This document shows, piece by piece, positions 29,931-39,633 of a stretch of DNA of 64,000 nt; the first letter of the stretch is position 1; the number at the start of each line of letters is the position of its first letter. Source of the DNA: a virus. Its lineage: Duplodnaviria; Caudoviricetes. The DNA lies in IMG/VR virus record IMGVR_UViG_2775507133_000001, positions 1 through 64,000 of that record. One strand, written 5' to 3'. Under the pieces are notes generated by a model, which was not told where the DNA came from, did no database searches, and saw only the letters and a list, made by a program, of their open reading frames with translations. The position numbers and the translations under genes were made by a program.

Positions 29931-30120
29931 GGCGGTCCTCCTGGTCGTCGGGGTCGTCGTGAACCTCGCACACGCTGACCTTGCTGATGCGGGTGACGCC
30001 GGTCGGGAACAGGCCGAGCACGTCCACCGAGACGCCTGTGTTGGCCTTGCAGCGGCCGCACCAGGCCGGGCGGCCCGGGCCGGCGACGACGGTCACGTTG
30101 ACGCGCAGGCCGGCGCTCAC
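29923..30120 (-). CDS. Small zinc-ribbon-like protein
   Basis: GTGA overlap with the portal stop; CGRC...CEVH. Confidence 0.55.
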   Translation of the reverse strand: MSAGLRVNVTVVAGPGRPAWCGRCKANTGVSVDVLGLFPTGVTRISKVSVCEVHDDPDDQEDRRG

Positions 30121-31913
30121 GCGGCGAGCCCCAGGCACTTGGAGAACCGCAGCACGGCCTCGGTCTCGTCGTACTGGTGGGACTTGCGGGCGGCGATCAA
30201 GGCCCGCGTGTAGTCGTCGAGGGCGAGCACGAGGCAGGGGCCGTCGACGCCGTACCGCTCGGCGACCTCGGGGACGCGCACCCACACCCCATCGAGCAGG
30301 TGGTAGACGTCGATCATGTCCGGGTCGACCGGGTACACCGTGTGGAGCTCCCCGGCCTTGATCTCGCGGGCCCGGCCGCGTTCGCTGCGCGGGCACGGCG
30401 GCTTGTTCCGCAGCCGCTCCCCGGCGGTGACGAGGGCGGCCCAGATCAGGGCGTCAGCGGCGGCCAGGAGGCCGTCGGGGATGCGGGGGCCGGACGAGGC
30501 GGGCAGCGTGTCCGGGATGCTGGTGGTCTCGTCTACGGGCAGGTCGCTCACGTTGTCCTCGTTCTCCTCACCGGGGGGCGTGTCTTGCGCGTCGTCGTCG
30601 GCCGCCTGCTTGCGGCGGGCCTGCTCCTCCTGGGGGGTGGGGGCGTCGGCCTCGTCGAAGCCGGTCTCGCGGCGGGCGGCTTCGGCACTGATGAGGCCGG
30701 CCTGGAACGCCTCCAGCGCAGTCTGGGCGCGGTTGGCCTGCACGCGGAGCTTGCTGGTGTCGAACCAGACGATCCACTCGTTGGCGTCGTCGACGCCCTG
30801 CGCGCGGAGCATGGGGCGCAGCCACTGTGTGGTGAGGGCGTGGCACACGATCCGCAGCCGCGGTTCGACGCCGAGGCGGATCGCTTCGGCGGTGAGCGCC
30901 CACGCCCCCCAGTGGTTGACGTCGCCGAGGCCGAGGAGGATCTCCGCGGGGACTTCGAGGCCGTTGGCGAACCGGCGGATCGTCTCGTCGCGCAGCTGGA
31001 TCGCCAGCTCGTCGAATGTCGACTCGAACGTCTGCCACCGGATGTCGCTGATCGACTCGGCGGGCACTTCCAGGATGATCGGGACGGTCGCGGCGGCCGA
31101 GTCGGGTTCGCGGATCGCGGTCGCGGCGACTTCCAGGAAGATCTGGATCAGGTCGTCCTCGGCGTCACCGGCCTGCCCGGGCTGAGTGGGGAAGCGGGTG
31201 CCCTTGGGGACGAGGAGGACACCGCGGCCGGTGATCCGGGACCGGGCGATCGCCGATATCGCCGCGTTCAGCAACTGCAACTGCTCCAGCAACTGGAGGC
31301 TGGCGCGCACGGGCGAGTCGGCTTCGATGTGCCGCCAGGGGGCGGGCTTCCACACGCGGATCGCGATGGGGTCGGTGGAGTCGGGGTCCATCGCCTCGTC
31401 GAGGGCGGGGATCTCGAGTTCTTCGCCGTCGACCTCCGCGACCAGGCTGCCGCCCTGTTCCTCGCGGACCTCCAGCGTGGACAGGACGTGCCACGAGTAC
31501 GAGGTGTTCTCCCCGTCCGTGGCGTCGTCCTCGTCCTCGCTGAGGTCGTCGTCTTCGTCGCGGGGACGGATGACGATCCATCCCTCGCCGGCGGTCACGA
31601 GCTGCGGCCCGAAGTCGCCGAGGAGGTTCGACTGGCCGTCGGTGCCGCCTGCGATCTCGCGGACGATCTGCGTGGCCAGGTGCTCGTCGGGGGCGCGTTC
31701 CACGGTGTCGTCGTCGGTGCGGCGCCCCGCGTACAGGGTGGCGCCGGACATGGCGTTGCCGACCCACTCGCCGGCGAACCGCACCTCCGGGGTGTCACGG
31801 AACGCTTCCCAGGCGCCCGCCTGCCACTTCTCGTCGGGCTTGCGTCGGCGGCTGTTCGCCGAGGACGTCTTGACGCTGTACCGCGCGGCTGCCGCGCTCA
31901 CCTCGCGGGGCAT
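30117..31913 (-). CDS. Portal protein
   Basis: Between terminase and MuF; WQ..AW...PEVRF...SRITGRGVL...RRFANGLEVPAEILLG..NHW pattern. Confidence 0.75.
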   Translation of the reverse strand: MPREVSAAAARYSVKTSSANSRRRKPDEKWQAGAWEAFRDTPEVRFAGEWVGNAMSGATLYAGRRTDDDTVERAPDEHLATQIVREIAGGTDGQSNLLGDFGPQLVTAGEGWIVIRPRDEDDDLSEDEDDATDGENTSYSWHVLSTLEVREEQGGSLVAEVDGEELEIPALDEAMDPDSTDPIAIRVWKPAPWRHIEADSPVRASLQLLEQLQLLNAAISAIARSRITGRGVLLVPKGTRFPTQPGQAGDAEDDLIQIFLEVAATAIREPDSAAATVPIILEVPAESISDIRWQTFESTFDELAIQLRDETIRRFANGLEVPAEILLGLGDVNHWGAWALTAEAIRLGVEPRLRIVCHALTTQWLRPMLRAQGVDDANEWIVWFDTSKLRVQANRAQTALEAFQAGLISAEAARRETGFDEADAPTPQEEQARRKQAADDDAQDTPPGEENEDNVSDLPVDETTSIPDTLPASSGPRIPDGLLAAADALIWAALVTAGERLRNKPPCPRSERGRAREIKAGELHTVYPVDPDMIDVYHLLDGVWVRVPEVAERYGVDGPCLVLALDDYTRALIAARKSHQYDETEAVLRFSKCLGLAA

Positions 31914-31915
31914 GG

Positions 31916-32248
31916 TCAGTGGCCCAGCGAGTCGTCGAACCGGTTGGCGAGGGCCTGCGCGCCGGCGACGGCGAACCACTCGATGCCGTGCACGAGCCAG
32001 GGCGCGTCACCCCAGCTGTCGGTGGCGAGGAGGTAGACGAGGAGCGTCAGGCCGGACAGCCAGAACCCGAAGCAGTAGATGCACGACACGAGCTGCACGA
32101 TGAAGCCGCGCGCCCGGCTGTCGACCTTCTTCGCGTGCCAGAGGCCGAGGCGCTGCCGCGGGCCGTCGAGGATCGTGTCATGGACACCAAGTTGTGTCGC
32201 TCGGTACGCGGCGAAGCCGAGCAGTGCGAGCACGGGCAGAGAGATCAC
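31916..32248 (-). CDS. DUF1360-like membrane protein
   Basis: AAYRATQL..HDTI...LVSCIYCFGFW. Confidence 0.75.
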   Translation of the reverse strand: MISLPVLALLGFAAYRATQLGVHDTILDGPRQRLGLWHAKKVDSRARGFIVQLVSCIYCFGFWLSGLTLLVYLLATDSWGDAPWLVHGIEWFAVAGAQALANRFDDSLGH

Positions 32249-32591
32249 GGCCGCCTCCGGTGAAGATCCCCAGGTCAAGGACGGCGGCCATGGTACTTCG
32301 CACGAACTGCTGCGAAGTGCCGCGAAGTGCACGACAGCTCGGGAGGTCGTGCGGTCCCTGAGGGCGTCGGAGTACGACGGCTTGACCTCCATGTAGGTGC
32401 AGAAGTTCTCCGCACCCGGTGCAACCTCTGGGCCGAGGCCGCCGCTGGGACATGGAGGCGTTGTTCTTCGGGGACGTCCGCGACCAGATGGAGATGGTCG
32501 ACCTGGACCTCGACGACTTCGAGAAGGTCTTCGCGGAGCTGGCCGAGATACCGGTGCACAGCGTGTTCCACGACCCGGCGGGGGTGCGCGG

Positions 32592-32891
32592 CTAGAACAG
32601 GGGCAGCGTGCCGAGCCCGCCATCATCAACACCCGCGACGAGCCGCACACCCTCCTGTCGGAGGCTGCTGGCCAGCGCCTTCTCGTTGTCCTCGAACTCA
32701 AGCTGATCTGCGGAAACGGGCAGGTCGACAATGTCGAGGGAGCCCGGGCACGACACGAGCGCGGTCCCGTACAGGCTCACGCGCTTCGGCGGGTCGTGGC
32801 GGGCCAGACGGCCCTTGCTGAGGCGTCCGGCGACCGGGCCGGCCGCGATGTGGCGGCCGCAGTCCTTGCACTCGATGCGCGGCAGTTTCAC
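32592..32891 (-). CDS. Small zinc-binding hypothetical protein
   Basis: CKDC...RHD...SCPGS. Confidence 0.6.
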   Translation of the reverse strand: MKLPRIECKDCGRHIAAGPVAGRLSKGRLARHDPPKRVSLYGTALVSCPGSLDIVDLPVSADQLEFEDNEKALASSLRQEGVRLVAGVDDGGLGTLPLF

Positions 32892-33392
32892 GCGGTCCAG
32901 TGTGCCCGCCGCGCAGGTCAGCGGGGGGCCTCGAAGTACTGGGAGGCCACCAGCGGCCAGCGAGGGAGCCCAGGACCCTTGTCCGGCAAGGCCAGGCAGT
33001 GCACTACGAGCCGGGTAGCCACTGATGTCGGAGGCCGCAGATAGGGTCTCCATTCGTGGGGGCGTTCAGTTCGGCTGCCGCGCTTTGTCCACAGGCCCGT
33101 CATTTAGATCACGGAAAGGCGATATACATGGGGCGCCCGGACGCAAGGGTGAAGGCAGCCATGATCGGACACTAATTCGCGATCAAGGGGTTTCATTAGC
33201 CCACCACCCAGGTAGGGTCTCGAAACCCCCAGAGAACACCCGTACGACAAGTCACTGCTTTGTATCTGGCCGTATGGGTATTCCTCTGGGGCATGACGCC
33301 CTGGTCGCCCTTCACGGGCAGTGCGGGGTGGGCCGCTTGGCCGAGCAGCCCACCCCTTGTTGATCTATCCACCTGTGCAGAGGAGAGATCTG

Positions 33393-33608
33393 GTGGAAGA
33401 ACGTACCACCGAGGAACAGGAGTGCCCCGACAAGGGGTGTCCTAACCGGAATCCTCAGCCGATCGGCTGGCGGACTCGAATGGTGAACCGAGCGCGAACA
33501 CACGGCCCTCTCGCCGTGATCATTTCGCAGGTGATCTATTACGGGCTGCGAGTGGCTGAGGAAGTGGCGAAGATCGTGAGCCACGGCGGATTCGGCGGAA
33601 TCACGTAG
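33393..33608 (+). CDS. Possible small lower-GC moron ORF
   Basis: AGAGGAG RBS before GTG; one hydrophobic segment. Confidence 0.35.
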   Translation: MEERTTEEQECPDKGCPNRNPQPIGWRTRMVNRARTHGPLAVIISQVIYYGLRVAEEVAKIVSHGGFGGIT

Positions 33609-33616
33609 AACCACGA

Positions 33617-33988
33617 TCAGCCGGATTCCCCGCTTCGGCGGGGGCCGGCCTCGACGGGACCTCGGTGGGGCATGTCGCCCTGCCAGGTCTCGTCGACGCG
33701 TTGCGTCGGCTCGTGGGCGCTGCGCCGCGCTACTGCGAGGCCGGGCTGTGGCCACTGGTACAGGGCGATCCGCGTGGCGGTGTCGCCGCGCAGGTCGACC
33801 TCCACCTGGTAGCGCACTGTGCCATCCGCCCAGTCCTGGCGTGCGATCACGGAAGCGTGACGCCACTGCCCGCCGGACATCACCCGCAGCGCCGGCCGGT
33901 CGGTGCGGGGCCACGTCCACACCGTCGGCCGGGGCCCGTCCTGGGGTCGCCAGGGGCGGGCGGGTTCGGCGTCGGGGATGCTGCTCAC
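33617..33988 (-). CDS. Hypothetical protein
   Basis: 123-aa ORF after the terminase. Confidence 0.6.
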   Translation of the reverse strand: MSSIPDAEPARPWRPQDGPRPTVWTWPRTDRPALRVMSGGQWRHASVIARQDWADGTVRYQVEVDLRGDTATRIALYQWPQPGLAVARRSAHEPTQRVDETWQGDMPHRGPVEAGPRRSGESG

Positions 33989-34031
33989 ACCCCCGATGTT
34001 GCCTCACTGGCCCGGGGGGCGCGCGGGCAGG

Positions 34032-35591
34032 TCAGCGGATGCGCTGGGAGTACGGGGAAGCCGGCCGGTTGCCGGTGGGCTGGGGGGCCGTCGGCAGGGG
34101 TGCGTGGGCGATCGCCCCGGCGTTGGCTTCGGGGATCAGGCCGTACACGAGGACGCAGGAGGCGTCGATGCGGCCGGGGCTGTCGGGGTCGGTGGGCTGC
34201 CAGGTCGCCCACTCGCGCTCCAGGTCGGGGAACACCCCCCGCAGCCGGACCTTGTCCTGCACCATCTGCTGCGCGATCGGCTCCGCGCGCAGCAGCTTGC
34301 CCTGCTTGGCGCGCACGGGGTGGATCGCGGGCATGAGGACGTTCTTCGGGATCTCCCCGTCCCGCTGGAGCGTCTCCCACGACGTGCGGATGGCCAGCAC
34401 ACACATGTCGCGGCCGAAGTTCCACTCCACGTAGATGATCGACGCGTTCGTGCGGTGGGCGAGGCGGCACGCGGCGGTGGACCACTCGGCCGAGGACATC
34501 GGCGCGGAGACGTCGTCGGTGACCCACACGCGGCCGTCGTCGCCGAGGAACCCGCCGATGACGCCCGCGGTGTCCCGGCCGCCGCCCGAGGGGTCGATGC
34601 TGACGGCGATCTTCTGCGGCTCCACCGGTGTGCCGGTGTCGCGGAGCAGGCGCAGCAGTTCCTCGGACACGAGCGCTCCCTCTGCGGGCTGGGGGTCGCC
34701 CTGGTACAGGGCGTGCCAGTCCCGGACGATCGACGTGGTCTTCTTCTGCGCCCACCAGGCGCGCAGCCGCGCCGTGTCGCGGGTGGGGATCTTCGGGTGC
34801 GGCAGGGGCTCGCCGGGCTCCCGGCCGAGCGGGTCGGGCCCGAACTTGGGGTCGGCGACCGCGGGGAGGTGGATTACCTTCCACCGGCCGCCTTCCTCGA
34901 TCCGCCCCTCTTCCTCGAGGCGCCGGCCGGCGAAGTCGTCCGGGTGCCATCGGGTCTGGATCGCGACGACAGCGCTGCGGTCGGGCTGGAGGCGGGACAG
35001 GGCGGCCGAGGAGTACCAGTCGTGCAGGGCACGCCGTGCGGCTTCCGACTCGGCGTCCGCGCGGTCCTTGTGCGGGTCGTCGATGATCAGCAGGTTCACG
35101 TCGAAACCCGTGAGACCCTTCCCCACCGACACGGACCGGCAGCCGCCGCCCTTCGTGACCTCCCAGTCCTGCATCGCACCGGAGCCCGGCTTCAGACGCA
35201 GGTCCCACTCGTCGCCGAACTCTTCGACGTAGCCGCGGATCCTCTTGCCCCGGCGCAGCGCCAGGTCGTCGCCGTACGACGTGACGGCGACCTTGTCCCG
35301 GCCGAACATGCACAGCCACCAGAACGGAAACCACTCCGCGACGCACGTGGACTTCCCGACCTGGGGCGGGGTCAGGATCAGCAGCCGGTCGACGTCGCCC
35401 TGGGCGACCTCGGCGAGCGCCTGGCCGATCAGCTTGAGGTGCGGCCGCATCCGGAACCGGCGGTCGAGGCCGCGGGCGAGCGTCACCGGGTCGCGCAGCA
35501 GGTCCGCGCTCATCGCCCGGCGCGCGGCCTCCAGCTGCCGGTACACCTCCTCGTCGTCCAGGTGCTCCAGCTCGTCCACGGCCGTCGTCAC
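34032..35591 (-). CDS. Terminase large subunit
   Basis: Walker A PPQVGKS, Walker B LLIIDD, IQTRWH, nuclease IDPS...SPGRIDA. Confidence 0.92.
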   Translation of the reverse strand: MTTAVDELEHLDDEEVYRQLEAARRAMSADLLRDPVTLARGLDRRFRMRPHLKLIGQALAEVAQGDVDRLLILTPPQVGKSTCVAEWFPFWWLCMFGRDKVAVTSYGDDLALRRGKRIRGYVEEFGDEWDLRLKPGSGAMQDWEVTKGGGCRSVSVGKGLTGFDVNLLIIDDPHKDRADAESEAARRALHDWYSSAALSRLQPDRSAVVAIQTRWHPDDFAGRRLEEEGRIEEGGRWKVIHLPAVADPKFGPDPLGREPGEPLPHPKIPTRDTARLRAWWAQKKTTSIVRDWHALYQGDPQPAEGALVSEELLRLLRDTGTPVEPQKIAVSIDPSGGGRDTAGVIGGFLGDDGRVWVTDDVSAPMSSAEWSTAACRLAHRTNASIIYVEWNFGRDMCVLAIRTSWETLQRDGEIPKNVLMPAIHPVRAKQGKLLRAEPIAQQMVQDKVRLRGVFPDLEREWATWQPTDPDSPGRIDASCVLVYGLIPEANAGAIAHAPLPTAPQPTGNRPASPYSQRIR

Positions 35592-35595
35592 AGCG

Positions 35596-36207
35596 CTACG
35601 CCTCCTCGTCGTCGTCGGGGTCGTCTTCGTCGTCGCCGCCCTCGACCGCGCGGATCCTCTGGTTCACCGACGCGGCCAGCTCCCCGAGCCGGGCACGCCG
35701 CTGCTCCGGGGCCATCTGCGCGAACTCCTCGAAGTGCTTCGCCAACGCGGTCGAGCCTTCGCCGGTGACGGCGATCGTCTGCGTGGGGTCGCCGAAAAGG
35801 ACGCGCCGGTGCCGCATCGCGACGTCCATCAGCCGGATGAAGTCGCCGGGCGACAGTTCCTCGGGGCGGAGCGTCTGGAGCCGGCCGACGAGCTTGCCGA
35901 CCGCCGCGCCGAGGATCTTCGCGTCGTTCTCGGCGGCCTTGCGGCGCTCCTCCAGCCACATGGCCTCGTACTGGCGGTCCAGGTGCCGGTCGTACGCCTC
36001 GACGCGCTCCCGCCACCGGAACCAGGCCGCCAGGTTCCTCACGTGCCCGTACGCGAGTGTCAGCCTCTGCGCTGCTTCTGTCAGGGTGCGGGTGCGGCCG
36101 AGGTCCCGGTAGGTGGCGAACTGACCGTGTTTGTGGGCTGACTCCCCGGGCTGGCGTTCCCAGGGGTCCAGGGTGGGGTCGAGGGTGATGGGCTGGCGTG
36201 TGCTCAT
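35596..36207 (-). CDS. Terminase small subunit (putative)
   Basis: WERQPGES..F..YRDLG..RT HTH then W.ER..AYD; directly upstream of TerL. Confidence 0.75.
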   Translation of the reverse strand: MSTRQPITLDPTLDPWERQPGESAHKHGQFATYRDLGRTRTLTEAAQRLTLAYGHVRNLAAWFRWRERVEAYDRHLDRQYEAMWLEERRKAAENDAKILGAAVGKLVGRLQTLRPEELSPGDFIRLMDVAMRHRRVLFGDPTQTIAVTGEGSTALAKHFEEFAQMAPEQRRARLGELAASVNQRIRAVEGGDDEDDPDDDEEA

Positions 36208-36419
36208 GTGGCCCGTGCCTCCCTGTTCACGGTGCGGTCGTACCGGTAGTGCCACAGGGGTCCGTCGTCGCCTGGGTTCAGGGCGCGGACGTACATGAGT
36301 CGGTCGCCGTCGGGGTTGCGGAGTTCGTAGGTGTGGGGCGGGTTCCAGGGGTCGCCGGGGATGGCGAGGAGCCGGCCGTCGGCTGGGCCGCCTACGAACT
36401 GGACGCCGACGCCGCTCAT
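36204..36419 (-). CDS. Small hypothetical protein (FVGGPADG)
   Basis: ATGA-coupled on both sides. Confidence 0.65.
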   Translation of the reverse strand: MSGVGVQFVGGPADGRLLAIPGDPWNPPHTYELRNPDGDRLMYVRALNPGDDGPLWHYRYDRTVNREARAT

Positions 36420-37354
36420 GCCGGGTCGCTCGGGGTGTGGTTGGGTCCGGACAGGTACTCACCCGCCAGGCGTTCGAGGAGCTTCCAGCCCTGCCCCTGC
36501 TCGATCTCGCCGCGTCCCTCTGCTGCGGCTATCGCCTTGTTCAGGGTGACGGCGGCCGGGGCGGGGAGTGTGCGGGCTCCGAGGACGGTCTCCAGGCCGA
36601 CGTTCCCCGAGTGGAGGTGGGTGCCGTCGGGGGCGGTGTAGCCGTCGGCGAGTTCGTCGAGGTGGCGTTCGACGATCGCGAGGATGGCGTGGAGTGCGGT
36701 GGCGACGTTGCCGACCTTGTGGGCGGCGTGGGTGGACGCGAGCGTGTCCAGGGTCCGCTCGTAGTCGGCGCGTGCGGCCAGCCAGGACTCGTTCTGGCCG
36801 ACGCGGGCCTGGTCGAACGCTTCGCGGGCGGCTTCGAGCTCGGACGGCAGGAAGATCAGGGACACGGTGGCGAAGTCGAGGTTCGCTTCCGAGAGGCCCT
36901 CGGGGCTGACTTCGGCGAGGAGCTGGAGCTGTGCGTCGTCCAGGCCCGAGTAGGCGCGCCAGTCGACGTCGTCGAGTTCGTCGTAGAGCTGCTTGAGGGT
37001 GGCGGGGTCGTCCTCGCCTGCGATGGCGTTGTGGGACAGCTGGATCGCGACGAGCTGCTGCCGGGTGAGCTGCTCCTCGATGAGCATGCAGTCGATCTCG
37101 GTGAGGCCGGCTTCCGCTGCGGCCTTGGTGCGGTGGTTCCCGGACAGGATCAGCTCCTGGCCCTCCGCGTACTCGCCGCCGTTGTAGATCAGCGGGGTGG
37201 AGGTGAGGCAGCCGTCGCGGCGGATGTTCTCGACGAGGCGGTCCCACTCCTCCTTCCGCATGAAGCGGGCGTTCACCTCAAGGGGGGTGAGGGTGCGCGG
37301 GTCGCGGCGGACGAGGCGGGGCCGGAACAGCGGGGTGGTGGTGTCGGTCGTCAT
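36416..37354 (-). CDS. ParB/Srx-like N-terminal-domain protein (DNA modification/packaging-associated)
   Basis: NARFM...LVENIRRDG...ILSGNHR; ATGA overlap with the upstream gene. Confidence 0.8.
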   Translation of the reverse strand: MTTDTTTPLFRPRLVRRDPRTLTPLEVNARFMRKEEWDRLVENIRRDGCLTSTPLIYNGGEYAEGQELILSGNHRTKAAAEAGLTEIDCMLIEEQLTRQQLVAIQLSHNAIAGEDDPATLKQLYDELDDVDWRAYSGLDDAQLQLLAEVSPEGLSEANLDFATVSLIFLPSELEAAREAFDQARVGQNESWLAARADYERTLDTLASTHAAHKVGNVATALHAILAIVERHLDELADGYTAPDGTHLHSGNVGLETVLGARTLPAPAAVTLNKAIAAAEGRGEIEQGQGWKLLERLAGEYLSGPNHTPSDPA

Positions 37355-38706
37355 CGCAGGTCCTTGCCGTGCTTGGTCTTCCACAGGGACAGGGCGTCGT
37401 CCAAGTCGTAGGCGCCGAGGGGGCCGCCGTACTGGAGCTGGTAGCGGTGGATCCCGTCGCCGGGGTCCTTGCTGCTGGCTTCGGTGCGTTTCTGGAGCTT
37501 CACGCCAGGGATGCCGCGCCCGTACTTCGCGCTGTTGGGTCGGTCGGTGAACGCGGTGGTGGCCCAGCCGTCGATGCGCTTGGAGAGGCTGCGCTGGATG
37601 AGGACCTGCGCCTCCTTCGTGGAAGCGGCCATCACGATGAGCTTGGCGAGGCGCCGGTAGCGGGTCCACGACACGGGGAAGTCCGACATGAGGTAGGCGG
37701 TGTTGGGGTCGAACTTCGGCGGCAGGTACGCGAACGCGCCGATCAGCTTGCCGTCGACGGCGACGCCGCACGCGATGAGCGGGCTGCCGGGCTTGATCGA
37801 CTTGGACATGAACTGGGAGCGGATGCCCGCGAACTGGCCGCCGGTGAGGACGTGGAGGCTCATGCGGTCGCCGAGCGGCTCGTCGGGGCCGATCTTCGGC
37901 ATAGGGATCGCCTCGACGGGCTGGCGGGGGCGGACGATGCGGCGGGGCCCGGCGGCGGCGTACACGTAGATCGGCAGGCCGCGGTTCGCGGTCTGGACGA
38001 CGCCGGCGAGGCGGTCGCGCAGCTCGGGGCGTTCGATGTGCAGGCCGAGGACCCAGTTGGGCCGGTCCTGGACCTGCTCGATGATGCGTTCCTTGCCGTC
38101 CTCGGTGAGGTCGTCGAACGACGGCTCGGGCCAGTGGAACGCGGCGTCGATGGACGCGAACTGCGCCTGGTAATCCTTCGCGTAGAACGGGGGGAACATC
38201 ACCACCGGGGCGTCGGGGGGCACCTCCTGGTCGAGGTAGTCGCGGACGTCGCCGGCGTAGAACGAGCCCAGCTTGGTTTCCAGGGCGCGGAGCTTGGTGG
38301 CGGTCTTCTCGTGCATCCGCGCCCATTGGTCGCGGGTGGCGTCCATCATCCGCCGGTAGTAGGCGCCGTCCTTACCGACGTACTGGAGGAAGCGGGTGCC
38401 CAGCATCAGCGTCGCCATGAGGTCGGCGCGGTCTTCCAGGTACGGGTGGAGCCAGCCGAGGGTGTCCTCGTACTCCTCGCGGAGGGTGAAGTTGAGCGGG
38501 TCGCCGGCGAGGTACCAGCCGAGAGCGCACGAGTACGCCTGGATGTCGTTGCCGTGGACGCGCCGCTGGTCGCCGAACCGGGCGTGGAGGACGCGTTCGA
38601 TGGTGAAGTTGCCCGAGCATCCGACGTAGATGTCGTCGCCGGGCCAGGTCCCGGCGTGCTCGTAGATGATCGACCGCAGGGGCGCGGGTATCGATCCGTG
38701 GAACAT
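37351..38706 (-). CDS. Adenine-methyltransferase-fold + GNAT (Mom-like) fusion, putative DNA modification/anti-restriction enzyme
   Basis: N-terminal YVGCSGNF...HGNDI (SAM-binding-like) and FPPFY (motif IV-like); C-terminal CGVAVDGKLIGAFAY...RRLAKLIV...TTAFT...SAKYGRG GNAT-like; GGAG RBS. Confidence 0.7.
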   Translation of the reverse strand: MFHGSIPAPLRSIIYEHAGTWPGDDIYVGCSGNFTIERVLHARFGDQRRVHGNDIQAYSCALGWYLAGDPLNFTLREEYEDTLGWLHPYLEDRADLMATLMLGTRFLQYVGKDGAYYRRMMDATRDQWARMHEKTATKLRALETKLGSFYAGDVRDYLDQEVPPDAPVVMFPPFYAKDYQAQFASIDAAFHWPEPSFDDLTEDGKERIIEQVQDRPNWVLGLHIERPELRDRLAGVVQTANRGLPIYVYAAAGPRRIVRPRQPVEAIPMPKIGPDEPLGDRMSLHVLTGGQFAGIRSQFMSKSIKPGSPLIACGVAVDGKLIGAFAYLPPKFDPNTAYLMSDFPVSWTRYRRLAKLIVMAASTKEAQVLIQRSLSKRIDGWATTAFTDRPNSAKYGRGIPGVKLQKRTEASSKDPGDGIHRYQLQYGGPLGAYDLDDALSLWKTKHGKDLR

Positions 38707-38830
38707 GGGCCGCTCCAATGAAGTCCGTGGCGCAGGCCCGGGGTGCAACCTGCGGGTTTGGCCCATTGTGAGTGGTCTTGGGGGGTGCGAAGGGCCCCTC
38801 ACCGGGGGCGTGGCGAGGGGCCCTGCATCG

Positions 38831-38905
38831 TGGAGCGCCGGCCAGGGCTTGCACCTGGATCGCCCGACTGGAAGTCGGGCCGTGTTACTTACTACGCACC
38901 AGCGC
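38831..38905 (-). tRNA. Non-canonical tRNA-Gly (anticodon UCC) with encoded CCA
   Basis: GCGCTGG TG CGT AGTAAGTAAC ACG G CCCGA CTTCCAG TCGGG CGAT CCAGG TGCAAGC CCTGG CCGGCGC T CCA: full cloverleaf, G1-C72/C2-G71/G3-C70, U73. Confidence 0.88.
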
Positions 38906-39012
38906 GGGGTGGCCGTGAAGCGATCGGCCGCTTCGGACGTTAGAGGCCGAGCCCATGGGGGATCAAGAACGAAACAATGGCCGGGTTAAGCGTGCTGCGG
39001 CGGACGCTTGCT

Positions 39013-39633
39013 TTACTTACGTGATCGCTGCCGTCGCAGCATCAAGGAAGCGATCCCGGTGGCCAATGTCAGGATGAACGCGCCGCTCGTTACAACCAGC
39101 AACCAGACAGGCGTACCCGCCCCGGCAGCGACCCCTAGGCCAGTGGTGCAGGTGGCACTGAAGACGGCCAAAGACCGCGGGCTGAGGGACACAATCCAAA
39201 CTGGGGTTACCGGTGCCTCGGTGTCGTCACGGGCCTCGGCTGCGGCTTTGGCCGCGGCCATGATCTTGGTGGTGGCCCGCGCGCCGCGCAAGGACAGCCC
39301 GATGGCGAACTTCATGCCGTCGATCCAGCGCAGCAGTCTCCCGCGCTTTGGCCCCTTGAGCATCGGCCACAGCTCCGCTCGCCACGACTGGTACAGCTCG
39401 GAGCGGTAGGCCTTGGGCACCTGGATGCGGGCGAGCTGGAGCACGACGAACGGGATGCGCAGCGGCACCTTACGCAGGAGCGCCATCGTCGTCTCGTAGA
39501 TGACCGCGGCGACGATCGCGCAGATCATCGCGACCGTCCACCCGTTGACGTCGTGGCCGATGAAGGTGCCGCCGTGGACTTCGACGCCGGGCGCGGCGGC
39601 CGCGGGCAGGAGGGAAATGGTCACCGGGCTCAC
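39013..39633 (-). CDS. Membrane protein paired with the PadR regulator
   Basis: Three hydrophobic segments; overlaps the PadR stop. Confidence 0.6.
   Translation of the reverse strand: MSPVTISLLPAAAAPGVEVHGGTFIGHDVNGWTVAMICAIVAAVIYETTMALLRKVPLRIPFVVLQLARIQVPKAYRSELYQSWRAELWPMLKGPKRGRLLRWIDGMKFAIGLSLRGARATTKIMAAAKAAAEARDDTEAPVTPVWIVSLSPRSLAVFSATCTTGLGVAAGAGTPVWLLVVTSGAFILTLATGIASLMLRRQRSRK

Noticed and set aside
38831-38905. tRNA as an attL/attR integration-site remnant
   Set aside because: It is full length, inside a phage operon, and I saw no duplicated 3' end or integrase in the window
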